Origin: a virus
Lineage: Duplodnaviria > Caudoviricetes
DNA: 64,000 bases
Strand: one strand, 5' to 3'
IMG/VR virus record: IMGVR_UViG_3300031857_000014
Shown: in pieces, positions 20,480-30,798 of the stretch
How positions within the stretch are numbered: position 1 is the first letter of the stretch
How the letters are laid out: each line of letters starts with the position of its first letter
Program-made: the position numbers and the translations under genes
The notes under the pieces: model-generated
Database searches by the model: none
Seen by the model: the letters and a program-made list of their open reading frames with translations, nothing else
What the model was told of the DNA's origin: nothing

Positions 20480-21219
20480 AGACCATTTTTTAATTCTTTA
20501 AGTTTGTAATAATTGTATTTTGAAATTTCCATAGAATCCACTTCTTTTTTAACAGATTCTAATTTTGATATAACATCTGATTGTATGTATTTTGACTCAG
20601 ATAAGATACCATTGATTTTTTGATTGATATCTTCTTTTAATTCTTTTGTTTTTTCTTTTAAATCTTCGTCATTAAATGATAAAATGTCCTTTAATTCTTT
20701 TCTCTGATTCTCATTTAATGAATCATTATATAAAACATTGAAATTATTGACAAGTACTGCATTTAATAAACCTAAATTTGGTATTAATGTTTCCGATTCC
20801 TCAAGTTTTACAGATTCTTTTTTAGTTGTTAAAAACTTAATTAAATTATCCTTCGCTAATACTTTTTTATCTATGTTTAACAAACTATCATCCTCTGATA
20901 AAATATCTAAGTATTCATATACTTGATTGTTATCACAGTTATAATCTTGAATATGTTCGTAAAGTGTTTTGTTAAATTTATATAATTCTTTAGTCTTATC
21001 TTTTAATAGATTAATTATACTTTCAACGTATACTTTCGCAACATTTTTATCTTCAAAATATTTGTTTTCTATTTCTTCATAAAATAGATATAATTCTTTG
21101 AAACTTTTATTCTCTTTTATGATTTCCATAATAGATTTTACATCTGTCATGTTTTTTTCAGAATACGATTCAGATATTCTTGTCAGTAATTTTGATTTTA
21201 ATTTACCAAAACTGTTCAT
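20476..21219 (-). CDS. hypothetical helical protein
   Basis: 247-aa ORF directly downstream of the portal gene. Confidence 0.8.
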   Translation of the reverse strand: MNSFGKLKSKLLTRISESYSEKNMTDVKSIMEIIKENKSFKELYLFYEEIENKYFEDKNVAKVYVESIINLLKDKTKELYKFNKTLYEHIQDYNCDNNQVYEYLDILSEDDSLLNIDKKVLAKDNLIKFLTTKKESVKLEESETLIPNLGLLNAVLVNNFNVLYNDSLNENQRKELKDILSFNDEDLKEKTKELKEDINQKINGILSESKYIQSDVISKLESVKKEVDSMEISKYNYYKLKELKNGL

Positions 21220-21221
21220 GT

Positions 21222-23018
21222 TTAATCGTTTAATATGTCTTTTAATTTATTTTCTATTTCATAAATATTCTCTTGCGCCTTATTAAAATCAAATTCTTCA
21301 TTTTCATCTAACATTTCTGTTATTTTTAATTTTTTTGATTCACTTAAAGGAGCTTCACCACCACCTGTTGGAGGTGGTGGAGGAGGAGAACCACCACCCA
21401 ATTCACCACCCATACCACCGGGAGATTCACCTGGAGCACCCGCACTTGCTTCTCTTTCTTTTTCGGGTATACCGTACTTATTGTCTACATTATCAAATAC
21501 TCCTGAACGTTTAATAACATTTTGTGTGTTAGTTAACTCAAAACCAATAGCTCTTTCAAGTCTTTGTTGCTGTAAATCAAGAATAACTTCATTATCACTC
21601 ATACCAAGAATATTTTTCTTAGCCCATGTATGAGAAACAGGTAAAATACCTATTTGAGATTGGTCAGATGTTGCATCCTTATAAAGAGTTATCTTTTCTT
21701 TCCATTGTTCAATCTTTAATAATTCTGATTGAGAAGATGGGTTAGTTAAAGATAATTGAAAATTATTTAATTCATCTTCTAAACCTAATAAGTATAAATG
21801 AATTAACGCAATTTTATTTAATTCCTGAATTAATGATTTTTGAATTCTATTAATTGTTCTCGCAAAACGTATATCCATTAGTGCAAGATTCTTACCGTCA
21901 CCCACAGCATCTTCAAACCCTAAAAAAGCTTTAGGTATTCTCAATGCAGCTAATAATTTCTTTTGAATATATTCTATATCGGCGATTTCACCTAAGTTTT
22001 GAGCACCTGCTAATGTTTCAATAGGGTTAGTCGCAGCTGGATCACGAACAGGAATAAAATAATCTTGGTCTACCGCCATTTGATTATATCTCATATCAAT
22101 TTGTCCATTCTTAGGGTCAGCAATAGGTTGTCTTTTAAATTTATTCGCAACCCTTTGTACGTAAGCTTCAATATCCTTATCATCCATATTACCAACAAAG
22201 ACTTTAAACACACGTCTCTCCGGTGCTCTTGATGTTCTATAAATTAACATAGCGTCTTCGGCTAAAAGTAGTTGTTTCCAAATTCTTCTAACTTTATCTA
22301 ACATTGATGTACCATAAGGTAATTTTCTATCATCACCTAATAATCTAAAATGTCCAATTTCCCATGATTGAAATTCCATGTCTTTATTTTTCCATTGAAA
22401 TCTCAATTCTCTAGTTGGCATTTTCATTTCAGGATTTTGATTGGGTGTTTTTGATGAAACACCTTCCAATCTTTCTATTTCAATATTTGGTAACTGTTGA
22501 CAACCAATAATTCCTTTTTCGGGATTTATTTTGAGATAGATAAAATTGTCACCATATTTACATAATCCTCTAGCCCACATTTGTAAATTTGTGTTTATGT
22601 CTAATCTGTTACTAAATAAATCTTCTAAAATATTTTTAACTCTGGTTGATTCTGAATATATCGTTAATATTTCACCTTTTTCTGACATTGTTGTTGATTC
22701 TTCAGCGTAAATGTCTAAAGCAGCAGATATCTCCGGAGTAAACTCCATAGATTCATAATCATAGTATGCTGCTAATCTATTTGGTTCATAATATACTGAT
22801 TGATTATATAGTGATTGATCTAATTTAGCCCATTTATCTGCGATATATGTACTTTGTTGTGCTTGAAGTAATGCGTTTTCGTATTCTTCTTTACTATCCG
22901 TTTTCAGTAACTCATCCTTACTAAATGTAAATGATTGTTTTTCTTCAGGTTTTGATTGACCCGGAAACCCAAACATCTTAGTGAGTTTCTGAAATACCGT
23001 TAAATTTTGATTATCCAT
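21222..23018 (-). CDS. gp20: portal protein, T4 gp20-like
   Basis: EDAMLIYRTSRAPERRVFKVFVGNM, DYFIPVR, IETLAG...LGEIADIEYIQKKLLAALRIP. Confidence 0.96.
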   Translation of the reverse strand: MDNQNLTVFQKLTKMFGFPGQSKPEEKQSFTFSKDELLKTDSKEEYENALLQAQQSTYIADKWAKLDQSLYNQSVYYEPNRLAAYYDYESMEFTPEISAALDIYAEESTTMSEKGEILTIYSESTRVKNILEDLFSNRLDINTNLQMWARGLCKYGDNFIYLKINPEKGIIGCQQLPNIEIERLEGVSSKTPNQNPEMKMPTRELRFQWKNKDMEFQSWEIGHFRLLGDDRKLPYGTSMLDKVRRIWKQLLLAEDAMLIYRTSRAPERRVFKVFVGNMDDKDIEAYVQRVANKFKRQPIADPKNGQIDMRYNQMAVDQDYFIPVRDPAATNPIETLAGAQNLGEIADIEYIQKKLLAALRIPKAFLGFEDAVGDGKNLALMDIRFARTINRIQKSLIQELNKIALIHLYLLGLEDELNNFQLSLTNPSSQSELLKIEQWKEKITLYKDATSDQSQIGILPVSHTWAKKNILGMSDNEVILDLQQQRLERAIGFELTNTQNVIKRSGVFDNVDNKYGIPEKEREASAGAPGESPGGMGGELGGGSPPPPPPTGGGEAPLSESKKLKITEMLDENEEFDFNKAQENIYEIENKLKDILND

Positions 23019-23069
23019 ATAAGTAAATACTTTTGTTTAAAATAAACTAAAATATCAATAGTTTAAAGG

Positions 23070-24848
23070 TTATTTCTTAGTACCAAATAACCACGAATAT
23101 TCTTGATATGCGTCTTTATTTGATGATATATTATTCATATTAGAATTTAATCCTGGATTATCCATTTGAGTTAAACCAACCGGATCAAAAGACGTTCCGT
23201 ATGAATAAAATGATTTATTAGGTTCATATGTTCTTTCACTTACTGTCCAAGACTCTAACATGGCTTTATTTGCCGATTCATTTCTTTGAAGTTGGTTAAA
23301 ACATATATCACCAGCATATAACGCCATAGATATACTCATAATTGCATCGTCATGAGCACCTTTCATGTGGTCAGGTCTACCATTAATATAAACAAACGTG
23401 TTTAATTCATTTAATAATCTATTCGATCTAATTAAGAATCCTTTTCTAACTTGTTCTTCAAATGCAGCAACAATTTGAGTTCTTTTGTTATTAAAATTTA
23501 TACCGGGAATTTTATCCATTACTTTTCTATTATATTCCCAAATATTTTGTGTATTAATACCTTCAATATATAAATTTTTATAATTCATTTCTTGAAGTTT
23601 TCTTGATGTAGCAATTCCCATACCACCAGTTATATCTGTAACAATAAATGAATTACCATAAAGAATACCCCATTTATATGCGATTGACGCCAAATCATCT
23701 GGAGGAATTTTTCCTATATATTCTAAAACTTGTTCTCTATCATCAAAATCAATTATATTGATTGCTGAAAAATCTTCACTATCACCTCTACTCACATCAA
23801 CACCCATAATATATCGGTGACCAACAATAGGTTCTTTCCATTGCCAAAGAGTACCTTGCATATACTTTTCAATCGGTTGTCTAACCATATTCTTTGCAAT
23901 ATTCTCTTGTATTTCACCTGGAATAACACCATCACCTGAACCTAAAAAGTCACATTCCAATTCCTGAGCAATCTTACGTCTATCATATTTGAATTTTTTA
24001 GACATAGATTCAAACCAAGAAGAAAAAGGTTTGTATCCTTGTTCTTCATACTCACGATATTTTTCAATATCAAAATCGTACATAACAACTTCATCATCAT
24101 TATATTGTTCTCTATTCAACATGTAATGACATATGTCAGCACATTTAATCCACCTTAAATCCTTAGTATATCTTGGGTCTTTAAACCATCTTAAATCAGT
24201 AATATGAAAATCATTTATACCACGTAGAGCCTGATCATAAACACCATAATAAATTGGGTCATATCCATTTGGTGTTGAAATAAGAATAATCTTACCACCG
24301 GTAGACAATGACGCCATAGACGCCGCCCAAAAATCTTCTCCTGCTTCAATATAAGCAGCCTCATCAAATACAAGTATTGTTGGAGTATAACCACGTAACG
24401 CATCCGCAGATGTTGCTACCGCTTTTACTTCACAACCATTGTTTAATCTAAATCTACTTTCTGAATTTTTATCCGGGTGAAAACCAACATTAATCCATTC
24501 AGGCCATTGGTCTAAGAAATGTCTAACCTTATTGGCCATTTCAATTGCGGTATCTCTCTTGTTTGCAATAATCAAAACCCTTTCAGGATTTTCGGGTTTT
24601 GCTGTCTGAAGTTTCTTTGATATCCATGCAGCGGTAACTGTTGACACACCCGCCTGTCTATATTTCCTTGTTATATTCTCATTATAAGTTTCGTAATCTT
24701 TAATTAACTGAACTTGGTCAGGGAATAATTCTAAAGGAACAAATTTCTTTTGTGTATTATCATAAGTTGTTAGATATGTTTTGAGAGCATATGGAGCATC
24801 TTTGATAATACGAGCATATTCTTTTAACTGCTCAATTTTACTATTCAT
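23070..24848 (-). CDS. gp17: terminase large subunit, T4 gp17-like
   Basis: RKYRQAGVST, LVFDEAA, ISTPNG, QELECDF, GVDVSRG..EDFS, HDDAIMS. Start placed at 24848 (TATTTAT+4 nt). Confidence 0.95.
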   Translation of the reverse strand: MNSKIEQLKEYARIIKDAPYALKTYLTTYDNTQKKFVPLELFPDQVQLIKDYETYNENITRKYRQAGVSTVTAAWISKKLQTAKPENPERVLIIANKRDTAIEMANKVRHFLDQWPEWINVGFHPDKNSESRFRLNNGCEVKAVATSADALRGYTPTILVFDEAAYIEAGEDFWAASMASLSTGGKIILISTPNGYDPIYYGVYDQALRGINDFHITDLRWFKDPRYTKDLRWIKCADICHYMLNREQYNDDEVVMYDFDIEKYREYEEQGYKPFSSWFESMSKKFKYDRRKIAQELECDFLGSGDGVIPGEIQENIAKNMVRQPIEKYMQGTLWQWKEPIVGHRYIMGVDVSRGDSEDFSAINIIDFDDREQVLEYIGKIPPDDLASIAYKWGILYGNSFIVTDITGGMGIATSRKLQEMNYKNLYIEGINTQNIWEYNRKVMDKIPGINFNNKRTQIVAAFEEQVRKGFLIRSNRLLNELNTFVYINGRPDHMKGAHDDAIMSISMALYAGDICFNQLQRNESANKAMLESWTVSERTYEPNKSFYSYGTSFDPVGLTQMDNPGLNSNMNNISSNKDAYQEYSWLFGTKK

Positions 24849-24863
24849 ACATATAAATACAAA

Positions 24864-24886
24864 AAAAGGTGGTAAAACCACCTTTT
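24864..24886 (-). terminator. intrinsic terminator
   Basis: AAAAGGTGG-TAAAA-CCACCTTTT with a U-tract on the minus strand. Confidence 0.7.
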
Positions 24887-24890
24887 CGTA

Positions 24891-26210
24891 TTAATTATCA
24901 CTTGGCATGTCTATACCTAAACCACCAAGAAAATCTCGTAAATCATCATCGTCAGTATCATCCGTGATATCGTCTAAATCACTTTCGAACTGTTGAACCG
25001 CTTGTTCAAATTCTTCGTCTTTTAACATTTTTTCAATACCATCCATTAACTCATTCATAAGTCTTTTACCTTTATCAGTACCACCTATGACCTCTTTAGC
25101 AAATACTAAGAAATTTCTTGCTGGTAGTTTGAATATTTCCGCAATTAAATAATTCTGTAATTCGTATTTATCCGTATCAGTTAAAATTTCTTCAGGGAAT
25201 TGTTGTCTAATTCTGTCCCAAATAGCTGGACCTAATCTTAAATCCCACATTTCTTTTTCTAATGTATCTTCAGACGCTTGTACCGCACTAAATGTTTCTT
25301 CATCACTTGGGTCACCATGATGCGACAATAATTCTAACCAACCTTTAATTAATTCATGAACTAATACAGGGAAGTTTATTGCTCTCACAGTAATCTTTGG
25401 TGGATCAGAATTTCTATCAACGGACTCTTTACCACCAACCATAGGTTCTCCACCTCCACCTCCCATCATCATCTGCATTTGGTCATCACCTAATTGCCAA
25501 TATAGAGTATCATTAATTGACATTAACACACCATATTGATTAATTAAATTTTCAGAACCGGTAATTTCTCTTATTTTATCAGCAACATAATGGTACATGT
25601 AATGACCCCTTTTTGATGCTCCTTGAATTATATTGTTTATTAATCTTCTTTTAGCCTTTTCTAAATCTAAATTTTGTAAATCGTTTGCTAAATCTTCTTC
25701 AACTTCTAAATTAACTTCAGGAGCGTTTTGTTGTCCTTGATTTTCTCTATTAAAATCACTAGCATCTATTTCTCCTAAACCAACAATTTTTGCATCAAAT
25801 TCAACAGCACCTTCAGGTATTGAAAATTCTTTCATAACTAATTCAATACCTAATTTTTCTAATGCGTCTCTGTGTGCTCTTTCAGTTTGAACAATTTGAT
25901 TATGAGCACCCATCATCATTTGAGTCAATGGACCTAAATCACCCATAGTTCTCAAAGGAGTATTAACACCAGTATATTGTCTAACTTTTTGAATTACTTG
26001 TTTATATCTTTCAGACGCTAGCAACTCCTGAAAGTTTTTGTTTGGTTCGTCACCTGTTTTAGGTAACGGTACCTTTTTTAAAGGAGTATCACCGGCAGCC
26101 AATTTTGCTTGGATGTCGGGACTTGGTCTATCTTCCGTATCAAAGTCCATTGCCATTTCTTCTATGTTTTCTTTGATGAAAGATAACAAATTTTTTTTAC
26201 TTATTTCCAT
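24891..26210 (-). CDS. hypothetical protein of the head module
   Basis: 439-aa ORF; IKE site near the N-terminus, acidic C-terminus. Confidence 0.8.
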   Translation of the reverse strand: MEISKKNLLSFIKENIEEMAMDFDTEDRPSPDIQAKLAAGDTPLKKVPLPKTGDEPNKNFQELLASERYKQVIQKVRQYTGVNTPLRTMGDLGPLTQMMMGAHNQIVQTERAHRDALEKLGIELVMKEFSIPEGAVEFDAKIVGLGEIDASDFNRENQGQQNAPEVNLEVEEDLANDLQNLDLEKAKRRLINNIIQGASKRGHYMYHYVADKIREITGSENLINQYGVLMSINDTLYWQLGDDQMQMMMGGGGGEPMVGGKESVDRNSDPPKITVRAINFPVLVHELIKGWLELLSHHGDPSDEETFSAVQASEDTLEKEMWDLRLGPAIWDRIRQQFPEEILTDTDKYELQNYLIAEIFKLPARNFLVFAKEVIGGTDKGKRLMNELMDGIEKMLKDEEFEQAVQQFESDLDDITDDTDDDDLRDFLGGLGIDMPSDN

Positions 26211-27393
26211 TTTTCAAACTTTTTTTCTCGGATAACGCTTTTGGTTTATGATCCGGTCCGGGACCTGGTATGTAAGACGGTTTTTTTGGTTTTTCTCCCG
26301 GAGTTGGTATAGGTTTTTCTCTTACAGGTGTTTCAGTTGGTGCCGGTTTTTCCTTTGTTTCACTTGAACTCATAATTGAGTCATATGTCATAAATTCAGG
26401 AACACCATTATGTCCTTTTTTAGCCTTAGTTGATGGCATTGGAATCGCAGCTGTTTCAACCTCGTTAAGTTTTGTTTTAATTAACTCCATAATTTCATTT
26501 TTAGATGTAAATGGATGATAATTATTTTCCACAATATCTTCAACCCAATTTCTAATTTCTTTAGTTTCTTTTAAATTTTTAAGTGTCTTTGCAAGTCTTG
26601 CTCTTTGACCTAATTTACCACCTTTTTTTGCAGCTGCTTTCAATTTACCTGCAGGAATTGTTTCGTCTTTTTTTACACCTAACGCCTTTTTTAATGAACC
26701 TTTTTTGGAAGGATGTAACGCTTTTTGAATCCATTTTTTATCATTTTCATTAACCACATTATCTTCATTTGATAATTTATAAGCGTTAAATTCAATACCT
26801 GATTTTCTGACAGCACCAACAATTACACCTTCTTCTTTCATCTCGTTCGCCATTTGATTCACAAGTTCTTCTGAAACTCCACGAAAACTAACTAATCCCG
26901 CATATTCGTATTTATATCCCGTTCCTTCAGATTTTGTAAAACCTCTAACACCTGTTGTAATTGTTTTATATGGTTTCAGTTCGTGTTTTTTAAAGATACG
27001 ATTAATCACTTTTTTGACAGGACTCATTTCACCTTCTTTCATTTCAGTTTTTTTACTTCTAAGTAATTTGAAATCTTCTTTATCTATTTTACCATTTTTA
27101 TTTTTGTCTAAAGCGGATAATTGTTTCTTTGTTGGTTTAGTTTTTTCTTCTTTTGTTACTTGTATATGACCTTGTTTAGAAATATCCGCAACTTTTTTTG
27201 GGTCATTAATTATTGTATTGATAGCCTCAGCGTCCTTTGGGTTATTCATGCTATAAACCTTAACTTGCTTAGTCAACTCCTCATTTAACATTCTTTCACA
27301 TAAAGAATTAAGTTGTTTATCTGTTAAATTTACTAATGTATTTCTGGAAAGACCTTCACCTAAAAGTCTTCTTACCATTTCAACTCTTGTCAT
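26197..27393 (-). CDS. mosaic hypothetical protein with EF-hand-like and basic modules
   Basis: LDKNKNGKIDKEDF (EF-hand-like) and KWIQKAL...KGGKLGQRARLAKTL, separated by LNE/MKE/VNE sites. Confidence 0.75.
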   Translation of the reverse strand: MTRVEMVRRLLGEGLSRNTLVNLTDKQLNSLCERMLNEELTKQVKVYSMNNPKDAEAINTIINDPKKVADISKQGHIQVTKEEKTKPTKKQLSALDKNKNGKIDKEDFKLLRSKKTEMKEGEMSPVKKVINRIFKKHELKPYKTITTGVRGFTKSEGTGYKYEYAGLVSFRGVSEELVNQMANEMKEEGVIVGAVRKSGIEFNAYKLSNEDNVVNENDKKWIQKALHPSKKGSLKKALGVKKDETIPAGKLKAAAKKGGKLGQRARLAKTLKNLKETKEIRNWVEDIVENNYHPFTSKNEIMELIKTKLNEVETAAIPMPSTKAKKGHNGVPEFMTYDSIMSSSETKEKPAPTETPVREKPIPTPGEKPKKPSYIPGPGPDHKPKALSEKKSLKNGNK

Positions 27394-27791
27394 ATTGTTT
27401 TGAATTTAATTTCTTCGTTAATAAGTAAGTAACCTCTTACTTTTAATTTTTTGGTTACGTTATCTAATGTCTCACCAAATTTAAATGTCAATCTTTCATC
27501 TTCGGAATCAATATCAAATTTTTCCCAAGCTAATGAAATTACACCATCTACAGCATCAATAACTCCGAAATAATCGGAGTTTTGAATCAGTTCTAAATTC
27601 AGGTTGGTATCTTTTAACAAACCAACCAAATCAATATATTCAACGTTTGGTGATTTTTGTCCTGTAGATAAAGATGCAGGAATTACAAACCATTCATCCA
27701 TGTCAAATTCTGAGCTCTTACTGAAAATGAACTCATATTGTTTCTGACCCTTGTAATCTGAACCAATTTCATTGACATAGATTAATTTCAT
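27390..27791 (-). CDS. hypothetical protein
   Basis: 133-aa coupled ORF. Confidence 0.75.
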   Translation of the reverse strand: MKLIYVNEIGSDYKGQKQYEFIFSKSSEFDMDEWFVIPASLSTGQKSPNVEYIDLVGLLKDTNLNLELIQNSDYFGVIDAVDGVISLAWEKFDIDSEDERLTFKFGETLDNVTKKLKVRGYLLINEEIKFKTI

Positions 27792-27793
27792 TA

Positions 27794-28801
27794 TTATTTG
27801 AAATATTTACTCAAAGTTTTATTTATCGAATCATTAATATCTCTCTTTATTTCATCCAAATCTAATTCTTGAATATCAGATTTACCTTCATTACCTAAAT
27901 CAGCGTACTTACTCAAATCAATTTCACCATAATTAGCAATTGGTGTATTAATAAAACTTTCTAGTTTGTCCATAGTTTCACCTAATTCAGATTCTTCGCC
28001 ACCCATTTCAGGTTCTTCTGACGGCATTTCTTCATCACCCATTTCAGGTTCTTCTGATGGGGATTCTTCACCTTCTTCTTTAGGTTCAAATTTTTTCGCA
28101 ATATCGTCTAAATCATCTTCTTCTAATTTCTCCAAATCAACCGCAGATATGACCATGTTTAAAACATATTTAATATCGTCACTTTCCATTTTTTGTTTTT
28201 GGTCTCTTAATTCTTGACCTAATTTACCTGCGAATTTTTGAATTTCAGCCATATAATCCGATGGTTTGGAACCTTCTTGACCACTCATTTCAGGTTCTTC
28301 TGATGGCATTTCTTCACCACCCATTTCTTCACTTGGTGGTGGCGGTGTCATTTCTTCACCTGATGGAGGTGGAGGAGGAGTCATTTCAGTAGAAGGTGCT
28401 GGAGGAGGAAAAGGAGGTACAGTTCCATCACTAGATGGTTCTTCAGAGGAACCTTCAGATTTTTGTTTTAATACATATTTGGTGGCTTCTTGTAATTCTT
28501 CTTGACCTTTTAATAATTCAAGTCTTTTCAACGCTTCCGCATATGAACTAAATTTATTTTTATTTTTCATGAATAATCCACCGATATAATCGAGTGAACT
28601 TTCATTCAAACCTTTCTTTACATAATATCCATCCTTCTCTTTTACGATTCCGTAAACACCATTATTAGATTCTTTTACTACTTGTACTTTAGAATCAGAT
28701 GGTTTATTATTGTTTGTTTTGTAGTATGTGAGTTCGAGGATTCTTTTTAATTTTTCGTCTCCTGCTAATTTCTCACTACCTAGTGGTTTGTATTCTCCCA
28801 T
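27794..28801 (-). CDS. acidic Pro-rich hypothetical protein
   Basis: 335-aa ORF after a TATTTAT motif; EEMxPPPPS and EEPEMG repeats. Confidence 0.8.
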   Translation of the reverse strand: MGEYKPLGSEKLAGDEKLKRILELTYYKTNNNKPSDSKVQVVKESNNGVYGIVKEKDGYYVKKGLNESSLDYIGGLFMKNKNKFSSYAEALKRLELLKGQEELQEATKYVLKQKSEGSSEEPSSDGTVPPFPPPAPSTEMTPPPPPSGEEMTPPPPSEEMGGEEMPSEEPEMSGQEGSKPSDYMAEIQKFAGKLGQELRDQKQKMESDDIKYVLNMVISAVDLEKLEEDDLDDIAKKFEPKEEGEESPSEEPEMGDEEMPSEEPEMGGEESELGETMDKLESFINTPIANYGEIDLSKYADLGNEGKSDIQELDLDEIKRDINDSINKTLSKYFK

Positions 28802-28871
28802 TTTTTAATAAAATTAAATTGGCTTATTCTTAACCTATAAATACAATGATAATTCAAAAAATTAACGTTAA

Positions 28872-29951
28872 TTATTGTGGTAGAGATAATTTTTTATCGA
28901 TTGCGGTACTTTTTAAATTAAGTAACTTCTCGATATATCCATTTCTTCTCAAAAGTTTGAATGTTAAATTTTCGTATGAATATTCACCACCATCCTCTAA
29001 ACCACTCTGTCTGAATTTTTTTATTTTATTTTTTAGGTCGTCTATTTTTTTAACTATGTCTTTATCATCACTATTTGAAACCAAATCATCTATCTGTTTA
29101 GCATATTCTTCACCTTTCTCTAGAATTTTCCTATCATCAATTTTAGTATTAACTTTTTGAGGTTCTACTAACCATTTATTGTGTAATATAGAATAAACTC
29201 CGGAGGAAATATGTTCTTCATCAATGTCTTGAACGTATAATTCAACATCAAATCCTTTTATTTTAATATTATGGTCTTTATTCCATACGTTCTTTTTACT
29301 ATTAAAAAATTCTTTTACGATATTATGAAGTATTTTTGAATCCGTTTTTTTACTATTATCAAATTCATCCATATCAAGAAGTATATGTAAGTCAACATCC
29401 GAGAATTCCGACCAATTAAAATTTGCTAATGAACCTGTTAAGATTATATCGTGTATAAAAAAATCAACATCTATAGATTCAATAAAATTATTAGCAATTT
29501 CTAATAATCTTTTTCTAATGTTTTCTTTCATTTCATAACCACTATCAACTCTACGGAATATATCATAACAAAGATGGTCTTTACTTTCAAATGAAGAAAT
29601 AATTTTTTTATCTAATTCTTTATCCTCTTCTAACTCACTTTCCTTACTTAAAATATGATTAATTAATTTAGTCATGTTTTCAGCGGTAAATCCTTGAGTT
29701 CCGATACTACCATTAGGTCTTCTTAAGATTTCTGTAGGTATTAATTTAAAATCACCATTTACAATTGAGGGGATTTTTTTAACATTTAACAGATTTAATA
29801 AATTCGCTCGATGATTACCATCATTTATCACATATGTATCATCTGGCATTTTAGAAATTTCAACAGGATTAGATATCACAAATTTTAATATTTTTTGGAT
29901 ATCCTGTTTATTATCTCTTAATTGATATATTAAATCTTTAAACTCACTCAT
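28872..29951 (-). CDS. ParB/Srx-like N-terminus fused to a Pol-beta-type nucleotidyltransferase
   Basis: YVINDGNHR (ParB/Srx-like). TGSLANFNWSEFSDVDLH plus VELYVQD give the GS...DxD...E NTase pattern. Confidence 0.7.
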   Translation of the reverse strand: MSEFKDLIYQLRDNKQDIQKILKFVISNPVEISKMPDDTYVINDGNHRANLLNLLNVKKIPSIVNGDFKLIPTEILRRPNGSIGTQGFTAENMTKLINHILSKESELEEDKELDKKIISSFESKDHLCYDIFRRVDSGYEMKENIRKRLLEIANNFIESIDVDFFIHDIILTGSLANFNWSEFSDVDLHILLDMDEFDNSKKTDSKILHNIVKEFFNSKKNVWNKDHNIKIKGFDVELYVQDIDEEHISSGVYSILHNKWLVEPQKVNTKIDDRKILEKGEEYAKQIDDLVSNSDDKDIVKKIDDLKNKIKKFRQSGLEDGGEYSYENLTFKLLRRNGYIEKLLNLKSTAIDKKLSLPQ

Positions 29952-30193
29952 TTTACTTTAGTGTATTTATAATTTTTTGATATATTCTGATTAAAAAACT
30001 TTCCCTGAGATTCCGCTAACCTTAATTTCGCAAACACTTCCCATGGAACTTTATTATACTCATAAATAGAGCCATTATTAAAAGTGATAGTTAAATCTTC
30101 TGATTCGGTATTAAATGATGCTGATTTAAGATTACTTGAATTGATTTCAACCATAATCATTTTACCTTCAATTTTTTCTGATGTAATTGCCAT
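29948..30193 (-). CDS. KTSC-domain protein
   Basis: SSNLKSASF...LTITFNNGSIYEY..VP...SQGKFFNQNI. Confidence 0.9.
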   Translation of the reverse strand: MAITSEKIEGKMIMVEINSSNLKSASFNTESEDLTITFNNGSIYEYNKVPWEVFAKLRLAESQGKFFNQNISKNYKYTKVK

Positions 30194-30233
30194 AATATTT
30201 CTTTTTAAAGAATATACTTAATAAATATCAAAT

Positions 30234-30259
30234 AAAAAACCCTCCGTAATAGGAGGGTT
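30234..30259 (-). terminator. intrinsic terminator after hsp20
   Basis: AACCCTCC-GTAATA-GGAGGGTT with a U-tract on the minus strand. Confidence 0.75.
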
Positions 30260-30265
30260 CAATTA

Positions 30266-30643
30266 TTAATTCAGAGAAATGAGTCGTTCAATTGACTTTC
30301 TCCTACTTCTTGGTAGAGTAATCTCTACTACCCCGTTTTCTACTTTACCCTTAATGTTTTTTTCATCAACATCTTCAGGTAAACGATAGGACTTTTTAAA
30401 AGAGTTCACAAAAGAATATGTTTTATCATCTGTTTCTTGTTTTTCATAAGACACAGTTAAAACATCATCTTTCAAAATAATCTTTATGTCCTCTTTTGAC
30501 AATCCGGGTACCGCTAAATTTATACGGTACTCGTTTTCGGTTGTTATTACATCTGATGACTTTTTGTTTTTTGATTGATAATTTCTGTCATCAAAGAAAG
30601 AATCAATCATCTCTTTGAATGGATCTCTGTAAGTTGTTAACAT
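30266..30643 (-). CDS. small heat-shock protein (Hsp20/alpha-crystallin)
   Basis: LAVPGLSKEDIKI, FKKSYRLPEDVDEKNIKGKVENGVVEITLP. Confidence 0.93.
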   Translation of the reverse strand: MLTTYRDPFKEMIDSFFDDRNYQSKNKKSSDVITTENEYRINLAVPGLSKEDIKIILKDDVLTVSYEKQETDDKTYSFVNSFKKSYRLPEDVDEKNIKGKVENGVVEITLPRSRRKSIERLISLN

Positions 30644-30798
30644 AATATATAAATTTTTGTAATAGAAAAATCAAATTTTGCACCTTTCAATATTATTATG
30701 ACATTTTTTCATATTTATCATAAATTAAGTGACATTTTGTCGATAATTTTTTATTTCAAATATTTTGAGTTATATTTTTTTGATAAAACTAAATTTTA

